Assembly: GCA_963677745.1 (NCBI GenBank)
Contig: OY782391.1
Span: 928,001 to 992,000, forward strand
Origin: Candidatus Altimarinota bacterium
GTDB taxonomy: Bacteria > Patescibacteriota > Gracilibacteria > UBA1369
Reading direction: 5' to 3'
DNA: 64,000 nt
Shown here: in pieces, positions 56,043 through 64,000 of the stretch
Layout of the letters: each line of letters opens with the position of its first letter
Position numbering within the stretch: the stretch's first letter is position 1
Position numbers and translations under genes: made by a program
Notes under the pieces: generated by a model
Database searches by the model: none
What the model was told of the DNA's origin: nothing
Seen by the model: the letters and a program-made list of their open reading frames with translations, nothing else

Positions 56043-56701
56043 ATGCAGGTCTTAAGATAACAGGGCATTTTTTCCTCAAAAGTGCGGATATTGATCACCA
56101 TTTTCATGATATCCAGATCCAGTGATCGCAGTTTGGAGTTGATCTGTTTATATTTCTCCACAAACACCGAGGTTTTTTTGATGCTGGAAGTGGTATAGGC
56201 ACGCATTTCCAGGAGTTTTGAGGCATTATCGATATATTCCGCGGCTTTGGCTTCGCACTCCGACAGGCCGGGGAACTGGGCGGCATTGGCGGCCCCCGAT
56301 TGGGCGGCCGCGGCCAGCTGGCTTCCCACCAGAATTTCCAGCTGGCCCCTGATATTCTTTTTGAGCAGTTCATAGCGCTCTATGCCCTTTTTCAGAAGCG
56401 AACTGGTGGCACTTTTATTTTTAAAATTGTCCTCCATGAAGGTTTGATAGCTCTCAAATTCGGGATCTGCATATTTGGTTAATTCATAAATACAGATCTG
56501 CGGTGTTATGGCGTTTTTGTTGGCAGCGGTTCCTTCCACCACAGTAATCGGGGTGTCGGAAGCGGGTGGGGTGGTCTCGTCGGCCTGACTGACATAACCT
56601 GTGCCAAGGGCATTGCCCAAAAACAGCAGCAACATCAGATTAATGGTAATTACTACCGGATGAAGCAATCTTTTACTGTTTGTATTGGTTTTATTTTTCA
56701 T
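56039..56701 (-). CDS. Exported helical hypothetical protein (220 aa, 4 Cys)
   Basis: Basic plus hydrophobic N-terminus; ends KMPCYLKTCI. Confidence 0.85.
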   Translation of the reverse strand: MKNKTNTNSKRLLHPVVITINLMLLLFLGNALGTGYVSQADETTPPASDTPITVVEGTAANKNAITPQICIYELTKYADPEFESYQTFMEDNFKNKSATSSLLKKGIERYELLKKNIRGQLEILVGSQLAAAAQSGAANAAQFPGLSECEAKAAEYIDNASKLLEMRAYTTSSIKKTSVFVEKYKQINSKLRSLDLDIMKMVINIRTFEEKMPCYLKTCI

Positions 56702-56747
56702 CTTCTTGTTATTCTAGCATATTTTGGCTTTTAATTCAGCCTTGGTA

Positions 56748-59700
56748 CTATTCGCCGTATTCTTTTATTTCCTTGATTTCCACCAGGTTGCTTTCGCTGA
56801 ATATCTCACTGTTATTGTCATTGGAAATTACTCCGATCAGTTTGTCTCCCACGATCAGGTCGGCGGTATGGTCGATGGCCGATGGGCAGGGGCAGCTGGC
56901 ACAGGGTTCGGGAATTACATACACTCCCTCACCCAGATCCTTTCGGGGATCGATCAGATCGTCGGCCGGATTAAGCGGGTCAGTGCCGCGTTTAACCTCC
57001 ATGCCGTCTTTGATACCTCCCCCGTCCGTATCGGGATTGAGAGGATCTGTCTTATAGATATCGGTTTCTTCCTGGTCTCCCAGGCCGTCTCCGTCCGTAT
57101 CGCGGTCATCCAGCCGGTTGAGCGGATTGGTTCCGTTTTTAAGAACTTCATCTCCGTCCTTTACGCCGCCTTTGTCGGTGTCGGCATCGTTGGGACTGGT
57201 TTTATATTTATTTATTTCATCCTGGTCGGAAAGGCCGTCGCCGTCAGCATCCAAATAGTCGTCTGAAGGATCGAGCGGATTAGTATGTCTGTCCAGAACT
57301 TCCACACCGTCCCAGATCCCGCCTTTATCTGTATCGGCCAGCCAGGGATCCGTACCGAATTTATATTCCTCCAGATTGACCAGCCGGTCTTTGTCCGGAT
57401 CATCGTCGGCATCGCTGGGATCAAGATAATCCAGATTATGTTGTTTCTCCCAGAAATCCGGCATGCCGTCGCCGTCGGTGTCAATCAGTGAACAGTCATA
57501 GGCCAGCAGGACCCTGTCGGCCAGTTTAATAAATTCGCCGCGATTCAGATCGGCTTCGGGATTCACGGCTTCCTCCGCCGTCAAAAGATAGTTGGATTTA
57601 AGAGTTTTACCGGGTTTGATGACGGTGGTCAGATTCTGGGCGATCTGCAGATAGGGGACATAATATGGTTCGGTCAGAGGGACTTTATCTAGGCTGATCA
57701 GTCCTTCCCGCTCCAATGCTTCCAGAATAATTTTCACGGCCTCGGCCTTGCTGATAGTGGCATCCGGGGCAAAGGGTGTCTTTCCTGAAACTTTATCGAT
57801 AAGTCCGCGGTAACCGGTAATGAATCCCTGGAAATAAGCTTCCTTGGTGGCGGCATAATACCAGGGCGGGGCCACACCTTCCTGATAAGGAATATCAGTA
57901 AAGACAGCTGGTCCGATTTTGGCTTCGGGGCGGGGCACTATACAGAAAGTATCCAGTATGACTTTGGCGAATTCCGAACGCAGAATCGGTTCGTCAAAAC
58001 CGAATTTGACCCGGTTGCCGGAAGGAATGCCTTTCAGTATTCCTCTCTGGAAGAAATTCAGGATGCTTTGATAATAAGGATTATTCTTATCCACATCGCT
58101 GAAAGGTGACGTAGCTGCTGCATTCGGATCAGTGCCGAAAACTTTTTCAAATGAATCGGGATATCCGTCGCCGTCACTGTCCGCCAGCAGCGGATTGGTG
58201 CCGGCCAGATATTCCTCCAGATTGGACAGTCCGTCCTGGTCGGAATCTTCGTCGGCATCCGCAGCATTGTCGATATTCAGGCCGTATTGCTGTTCCCACA
58301 GGTCGGGCATGCCGTCCTTGTCGGTATCGAAATCGGGGCCTTTATTGGATGACGCTCCCACAAACAACTGGAAGCTGGCTGGATCAAGAATAGTAATCGG
58401 CTTTTTATAACTGAAGGAAATGTAAAACTCGGCAATCACCGCGGTGGAATTATCGGGCTTTTGCAGAACCACCTGGAAAATCATCGGATCTTTCAGAGCG
58501 CTGGCGCTCTTCAGGGCCAGTTTGATGCGCGGATCATAAATGTAAAAATTTCCGCCGGAATCCAGAACGGCCACTCTTTTTAGCGAGGATTTTTCCAGTA
58601 TTTCCACCCCTCCGGCAAATTTTTCCGCGTCACCCGGGATTTTTTTGATCTCAAAATCAGAGCTGCCGCCAGTCGACGAACCAAGCAGATCCTTAATGTG
58701 TACTCCTTTGAACAGCAGTACGGATGGCCCCGTATAAACCACCTCCGGGCCGTCAACCACCACGTCGGTATTGGCATCAGATACCACAAACAGCGTGGCA
58801 ATGATTTTCCCCTGGGGATCTTTGACCACTACCCGAGTCGGCAGCAGGGGTTCTTCCGCCGGCAGTGCTTCCACCGAATAAAGAGGATTTTTCAAAATCA
58901 CCCGGCCCGTCTTTGGATCTATCTCCGCCACTACCTCGCCCTTTTCATTCTTTATGACTACCGTGTCATTTAAATTTAGATCGTTGACGGAGAACTTTCC
59001 TTCCGCATTGCTAAAGTATTTGCCGTTGGCATTGGCGGACAGGGTATGCAGAGCCTCCTTGACGCCTGCGCGATCCCTCAGCAGCGAGATTGGCATTTGG
59101 TCTTCGACCGGATCAAGCGAACCGCTGACAGTTTCTCCTTCCCCGTTTTGTTTGATCTGGAGAGTGGCGGATTGTTCGTCCAGGGAGATTTTTGGAACAT
59201 AAATTTCTATATCGATTTGCTGTTGGCCGGTATTATTGGACTGATCAACTACATTCAGCATCACCTGCCGGGGATTCAGATCTTTATAAGGTCCCAGTGT
59301 GAATACCGGATCATCCAAATCGTCATAGGCCAGACCGTTGCCGTCGCTGTCCACCCCGGGATTAATGTCATGTCCCAGGTTTCTGTCATTGGTCGGGTTG
59401 CCGTCGCCGTTGGAATCGTAAGTCAGGTCAGTATCGATGTAGTAACTCATTATTTTCCCGAAAGTGTCGAAAGATCTGCCGGTGTCGACGGTCAAAGTTT
59501 TGAAAATGGCGACTTTCCTCAGGCTCGGTCCGGCCACGGGTAAAGGCACCTGACGGTCCGAACAAATATTGGGTGACAGTGGAACCGCCGCCGTCTGCAG
59601 ACTGCGGAATCCAGTCCGGTCAAAAGACCTCACCACGGCATAATAAAAACCGTTGGGCAGGTTGAGCGTGATGGCGGGATTAGCAGGATCATCCAACACC

Positions 59701-62700
59701 CCGATCTGCATATTTTGTTCCGCATCAACCCTGGTATAGGCCTCCTGTGGCAATTTGATCAGGGCACTTCCGTCGCCCACCGATTCGTAGCGTGTATTCA
59801 GTTCGATCTTTGCACCCGGTAACAGTTTCTGATTTTCAACGGTGGAAGAGGGCGTGATGATGGTAACGGAACCGCTTTCCACCTTTATTTCCAGCTGCGC
59901 GCCAAAACTGTCGGGCAGTGAAATCAATTCACGGGCGGACATTTTCTTTTTAGCCATTTCCTGTCCGTCCGACCAGACCTGCAGCACGCTGTCCTGGGAA
60001 GCAAAAATCTGTTCTCCGGCCGAGAGCAAATATCTTTCGCTGCCCCCCGGCAGTATTTTTTGCTGCGGTCCGGTGAAGACTACTTCCCCGCTGACTTCGG
60101 CAGCCACCATTTCATAGAGTTGCGAGGCCGGGAATTCATAAGCATTTTCTTCGGCCTGCAGTACCGAATTGGTCAGCATTCCGCCGGTTGATTCCTGGGA
60201 ATTCAGATATACGTATTTGGACAAACCGGAGGCTTTCAGGTCATTGATAACGCCCTTATAGGCCACACCGCCCAGTTTCGGTCCGACAATCAGTTCATAG
60301 CCGGTGGAATCGGCGGCGGTGATGGCGCTCCAGGTCAAATCCAGAGTCTGGTTGCCGGTAAAGGTAGCCAGCAGTCCGCTGACCGATCTTTCCGCCGGAA
60401 CCAGTTCCTCCAGATCATAATACTTGGGCATCCCCCCATAGAATTTCCCGATTTTGCCGGTGGTTTTGTAATTTTCTTTCAGATAGACATTGCTGCCGAA
60501 AGAATAAACCAGATCTTTGTCTGTGTCCCCGTTCACATCCACAAAATTCATGGTGGAAGGCAGGGAAAGCTCATCTTCGTAACTGATCAGTTTTTCATTG
60601 ATTTGTTGGGCTTCATTATAGATAAACATCCCTTTGCTGACCGGTTTTGACTGCAGGGAAGCTGGCAGGCCGGAATTCGCCGTCAAATCGTCCATGCTCG
60701 GCACTTTGGCATAAGTCTTCTTTTCGGAAGCCATCATGGTGCCCTCCGCATAGCCCGATTTGACCAGCAGGTCGGAGATGCCGGGTAATTTGGCGGTCAA
60801 AGTGGCAAATTTGGACAGGTCATTGCTGGCCAGCAGTTGTTCATCAATTTTTTGATTTTCCCGGGCATAGGCAAACAGATTTTGACGGAGATTAGCCAGT
60901 TTTTTGGTTTCATCAAAGCCGTCTCCCAGTGCCAGCATCACTCCGTCATAATCAAAATTCTGTAAATTCTCCAGTGATTTATTGACCGAGCTGTCGGTCG
61001 GATTGATCACGGTTGCTCCGGCTACCAGTTTGATATCCTGAAAATCCCTGTCGATAATCTCACGGTAGCGGGCGGATTCCGCCTCCAGTTCCTTGCTGAC
61101 TGTCATCAGTCCGGCAATCGATTCGGCCAGCTGCGGCGAAAATGCGGCAAACTCACGGGCCAAAGACTGATCTGAGGAAAGCTGGGTTTGTAGATCGGCG
61201 GGCAGATAGTTCAGAAGGGCGTTGTTGCCGGCATTTCCCTCAGGCATATTGTTTTGCATGGTCGCATTGGCTGCGGCGGCCGACGCGGCCGCCGCATTTT
61301 CGATTCCCTTGGTAAGAGAGTTGGCTGTCTCGGAAAAGGTAGTCGAGACTTTATTCAGATTGTTGGCCACCAATTGAACCATGTCATAAATAGTGGTGAA
61401 TTGCAGTGCCTTGTTGAGGTTGATCTTCACGGTCAATACAATCCTGTCCACATAATCATAACTGATATTGGGAAGTTGGAAGGCCAGTCCCAAATCAAAT
61501 GGCAGAAGCGGATCCAGACCGCGTTCCGTCATGTGTTCGACGGTGGACTTCAAGACATTTTCATTGGTGGGAATAAATCCTTTTTTGATCAGACACAATA
61601 TTTTGAAAATCTTTTTCAGTATGCTGATGGTCGCCTTGATCGCGCCCGGAAGTGCCGGAATCTTGGGTGGAGGGGGCAGATTGGGCAAAGCCGGGATGAT
61701 CAGCGGCGGCAAATCGGGAAGTTCCGGCAGACTGAAGGACAGATCGGGCAAGACCGGGATCTCCGGCAGGGTAATCTGGAAAGTTGGTAATTCCGGCAGC
61801 ACGATTCTGGGAAGTTTGGGCAGAACCAGTTTTTCCGGTCTGAATTTAATATCCGGGAAGAGTATGGTAATACCCATTTGCACCTGTGAAAAATCCAGAT
61901 AAATATCGGGAAGTTTGGGAAAGGGGATAATGGGCGGGCTGGGAATAAAAGCAAATAGTTTTAAAATCAGCTCCAGCAGGGTGAAACGGGCCGAACTGCA
62001 CTTATCGCAGGAAGTCTGGTAATCGATAATCAAATCGAACATCATCTTCCAGGTGGCAATTGTTTCTACCAGCTTGGCCACGGCATCTACCCAGCCATAA
62101 GCCTGGTCCAGCCACTTGGCAATATTTCCCACGAAAAACTGTACTATGGCATCGATATAACAAATCACCTGAGAAACATATTTGGTCAGCATATTTCTCC
62201 AGGCCAGCAGTTGTCTGGGTAATTTCTTATACCCCTCAAGCACTTCGATATTTTTTTCCACCGACTGAATCAGCTTGGTCATGTCGGCGGTAAAGATGTC
62301 GCACACCTTGGCGTAAGGACGGTCACCGTAGACTATCACAGTCTTGCCTTCCGCGTCGGTGGTTTCATAACCGGGGACTTTTCCTCCTCCGCCGTTCGGA
62401 TCATCCACCATCTCCTTGAAAGGTCCGCATTTCCACACGGCCAGGGCTCTTTCCAGCTCATATTTTTCATCCTGCACCCATTGCTTGGCATCATTGATGA
62501 AACGTTCTATTTCTCCGGGAGTAAGCGAAGGTATCTTGATAATTACTTCCTGAGGCACTATGGAAAGAAGCGGGAATTGATTGATTTTATTGAGTACCCC
62601 CCTCAGTCCGCTTGGATTTACCGGTTCGTCTTTGACTCTCAGATTTCCCTCTTTCAGATCGCTGATAACCTTGCCGGCATCCTGGAATGGCGCCCAGACC

Positions 62701-64000
62701 TTGGGAAAAAGTATATAGATATCAGGAAGATCGGTCAGTTTGTTGATGATTTCCGAGCTCTGGTTGTCCAGCCAGTCTGTCAATACCGACGGGAATCCGG
62801 GCATACGGATATTGGATTTGGCGTTCACCTTAAAGCCGTAATTGCCCAAGCTGGAAGAGGCTTCAAAACCGCCTGTATAATTTTTCCCATCGGCCGTCGG
62901 CGTATCGGCCAGGCTGCCGTCGGAAACATTACCAATGGTTCCGGAAACGTCGGAAACAATACTGTTGGCCGCTCCCAGGGCCCCTTGCATAGCTTTGTTG
63001 ATAGCCTTGCATAATTCTGCAAAAGGATCGATCGGCAATACAATTGTGAAACAGTTGCCCGGCACAGGGCCAAATCCCACCAGATAAGTCCCGAAACAAT
63101 TGGCCATGGCAATTTTTCCGGTCAGAGTTGGCGACAGATAAAGACGGTACTGGGAAGCTTGAAAAGGCGACGGAGGCCAGATGGGGACAGGGCTGGGTAT
63201 GCCTGCGGCAAAAATCGGGAAGCCGGGATCGAAACCCGAGGGGATTCCCATTACGTTGATTGCACCCGGAGCCAGAAAAGCAAAATTGATCGGTAAAGGT
63301 ATGCAGCCGCCGGTACAGGTCAGAGCCGCCAAAGCGCCCTCCAGTTTATCCGCCGCCTGATCCAAAGCCGCTCCTGCACCGTCATAGAAGGCACCCACAC
63401 CCGGTATACCCGAGACGCTGTCTCCTTCGGTAGAACCGCCGCCTCCTCCGCCACCTCCGCCGGTGTCACCCATGGTTATTCCCGGGAAGGTCCCGTAATC
63501 CATCAAGTATTTAACGGCAATCGGCATCCCGTCCGGACCTTTTTGTTCGAACAAACTCAAATCTATTCCCACCGGTTTGCCGGTTTCGGGATTTGTCGGT
63601 TGTTGATAGCCGGTAGTTGCGCTGGCATTGGGATCAGGGGTGACGTAAGTCCCATAGGTCATTTGCCCCGTGCCGTTGTTTTTGCTGATTGAATAATAAT
63701 AAACCATTCTGCCGGTTGGATTGCCGTCAGGTGAAGCTGCAATGTCGGGATAACCGTCCTGCACCGGATAGGAGCTGGTCAGATTTTGACCGACCGCGAT
63801 TTTCACTTTTGGTAATTGCTTTACGGTTACCCTGTAAGTGATGGTCCGGGTTGAATTGGCAGGCAGATCGATACCGGTCGCCTCATCACTCCCCGTAATC
63901 AGATAGGGACGCAGACTCATCCCGGAGTCAATCAGTCTGATTGGCTTTTTACAGTCGGAACATTTGATGGAATCCTTATTCAGTTCCACGTTTTCCGGGA
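56748..64000 (-). CDS. Giant surface protein (>2413 aa, 5' end outside the window) with SLH domains and Ca-binding DxDxDG repeats
   Basis: Frame open to the window edge. SLH motifs FSDV..ILRSEFAK and FTDI..ISKAEAVK; many D(S/T)DxDG..D..E...GT(N/D)P repeats; PKD-like and Fn3-like segments; Cys/Pro-rich N-region. Confidence 0.92.
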   Translation of the reverse strand, partial: PENVELNKDSIKCSDCKKPIRLIDSGMSLRPYLITGSDEATGIDLPANSTRTITYRVTVKQLPKVKIAVGQNLTSSYPVQDGYPDIAASPDGNPTGRMVYYYSISKNNGTGQMTYGTYVTPDPNASATTGYQQPTNPETGKPVGIDLSLFEQKGPDGMPIAVKYLMDYGTFPGITMGDTGGGGGGGGGSTEGDSVSGIPGVGAFYDGAGAALDQAADKLEGALAALTCTGGCIPLPINFAFLAPGAINVMGIPSGFDPGFPIFAAGIPSPVPIWPPSPFQASQYRLYLSPTLTGKIAMANCFGTYLVGFGPVPGNCFTIVLPIDPFAELCKAINKAMQGALGAANSIVSDVSGTIGNVSDGSLADTPTADGKNYTGGFEASSSLGNYGFKVNAKSNIRMPGFPSVLTDWLDNQSSEIINKLTDLPDIYILFPKVWAPFQDAGKVISDLKEGNLRVKDEPVNPSGLRGVLNKINQFPLLSIVPQEVIIKIPSLTPGEIERFINDAKQWVQDEKYELERALAVWKCGPFKEMVDDPNGGGGKVPGYETTDAEGKTVIVYGDRPYAKVCDIFTADMTKLIQSVEKNIEVLEGYKKLPRQLLAWRNMLTKYVSQVICYIDAIVQFFVGNIAKWLDQAYGWVDAVAKLVETIATWKMMFDLIIDYQTSCDKCSSARFTLLELILKLFAFIPSPPIIPFPKLPDIYLDFSQVQMGITILFPDIKFRPEKLVLPKLPRIVLPELPTFQITLPEIPVLPDLSFSLPELPDLPPLIIPALPNLPPPPKIPALPGAIKATISILKKIFKILCLIKKGFIPTNENVLKSTVEHMTERGLDPLLPFDLGLAFQLPNISYDYVDRIVLTVKINLNKALQFTTIYDMVQLVANNLNKVSTTFSETANSLTKGIENAAAASAAAANATMQNNMPEGNAGNNALLNYLPADLQTQLSSDQSLAREFAAFSPQLAESIAGLMTVSKELEAESARYREIIDRDFQDIKLVAGATVINPTDSSVNKSLENLQNFDYDGVMLALGDGFDETKKLANLRQNLFAYARENQKIDEQLLASNDLSKFATLTAKLPGISDLLVKSGYAEGTMMASEKKTYAKVPSMDDLTANSGLPASLQSKPVSKGMFIYNEAQQINEKLISYEDELSLPSTMNFVDVNGDTDKDLVYSFGSNVYLKENYKTTGKIGKFYGGMPKYYDLEELVPAERSVSGLLATFTGNQTLDLTWSAITAADSTGYELIVGPKLGGVAYKGVINDLKASGLSKYVYLNSQESTGGMLTNSVLQAEENAYEFPASQLYEMVAAEVSGEVVFTGPQQKILPGGSERYLLSAGEQIFASQDSVLQVWSDGQEMAKKKMSARELISLPDSFGAQLEIKVESGSVTIITPSSTVENQKLLPGAKIELNTRYESVGDGSALIKLPQEAYTRVDAEQNMQIGVLDDPANPAITLNLPNGFYYAVVRSFDRTGFRSLQTAAVPLSPNICSDRQVPLPVAGPSLRKVAIFKTLTVDTGRSFDTFGKIMSYYIDTDLTYDSNGDGNPTNDRNLGHDINPGVDSDGNGLAYDDLDDPVFTLGPYKDLNPRQVMLNVVDQSNNTGQQQIDIEIYVPKISLDEQSATLQIKQNGEGETVSGSLDPVEDQMPISLLRDRAGVKEALHTLSANANGKYFSNAEGKFSVNDLNLNDTVVIKNEKGEVVAEIDPKTGRVILKNPLYSVEALPAEEPLLPTRVVVKDPQGKIIATLFVVSDANTDVVVDGPEVVYTGPSVLLFKGVHIKDLLGSSTGGSSDFEIKKIPGDAEKFAGGVEILEKSSLKRVAVLDSGGNFYIYDPRIKLALKSASALKDPMIFQVVLQKPDNSTAVIAEFYISFSYKKPITILDPASFQLFVGASSNKGPDFDTDKDGMPDLWEQQYGLNIDNAADADEDSDQDGLSNLEEYLAGTNPLLADSDGDGYPDSFEKVFGTDPNAAATSPFSDVDKNNPYYQSILNFFQRGILKGIPSGNRVKFGFDEPILRSEFAKVILDTFCIVPRPEAKIGPAVFTDIPYQEGVAPPWYYAATKEAYFQGFITGYRGLIDKVSGKTPFAPDATISKAEAVKIILEALEREGLISLDKVPLTEPYYVPYLQIAQNLTTVIKPGKTLKSNYLLTAEEAVNPEADLNRGEFIKLADRVLLAYDCSLIDTDGDGMPDFWEKQHNLDYLDPSDADDDPDKDRLVNLEEYKFGTDPWLADTDKGGIWDGVEVLDRHTNPLDPSDDYLDADGDGLSDQDEINKYKTSPNDADTDKGGVKDGDEVLKNGTNPLNRLDDRDTDGDGLGDQEETDIYKTDPLNPDTDGGGIKDGMEVKRGTDPLNPADDLIDPRKDLGEGVYVIPEPCASCPCPSAIDHTADLIVGDKLIGVISNDNNSEIFSESNLVEIKEIKEYGE

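Noticed and set aside
56940-58335. Repeats in the giant gene as a DGR or DNA repeat array
   Set aside because: Similarity is at the protein level with diverged codons; no reverse transcriptase or adenine-specific TR/VR pair seen.
1-64000. Genetic code 25 (TGA = Gly) as in Gracilibacteria
   Set aside because: Conserved genes are intact under code 11, and TGA falls at the expected ends of uvrA and recF.

Overview
Bacterial chromosomal window read with the standard code 11 (TGA ends conserved genes such as uvrA and recF). Gene content (DUF4012 protein, VirB6-like membrane protein, short ThrS, mostly SD-less starts, giant SLH/Ca-repeat protein) suggests a Patescibacteria/CPR genome, probably Peregrinibacteria-like; this taxonomy is an inference. 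Housekeeping genes: tRNA-Arg(CCT), miaB, mutS-mutL, lexA, ftsW-murG, lspA, prs, uppP, yidD, rpsF-rpsR, thrS, recF, uvrA. Two large uncharacterised envelope clusters stand out. The first (31.2-41.2 kb) contains a VirB6-like protein and three large proteins lacking signal peptides. The second (52-64 kb) is a >2400-aa surface protein followed by four translationally coupled, exported, Cys-ended helical proteins, and is the best candidate for an undescribed system. Other notable signals: a probable oriC with 11-bp-phased DnaA-box-like sites at about 51.0 kb; a leader-peptide attenuator before an MFS gene; a palindromic candidate LexA operator filling the lexA promoter spacer; a likely ATT start plus structured leader for a LysM/M23 peptidase; and an HNH gene associated with recurring TGGTCACGTGACCA palindromes. 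No CRISPR array, rRNA, recognisable transposase or prophage was seen. All family calls come from motif recognition by eye, not database searches.
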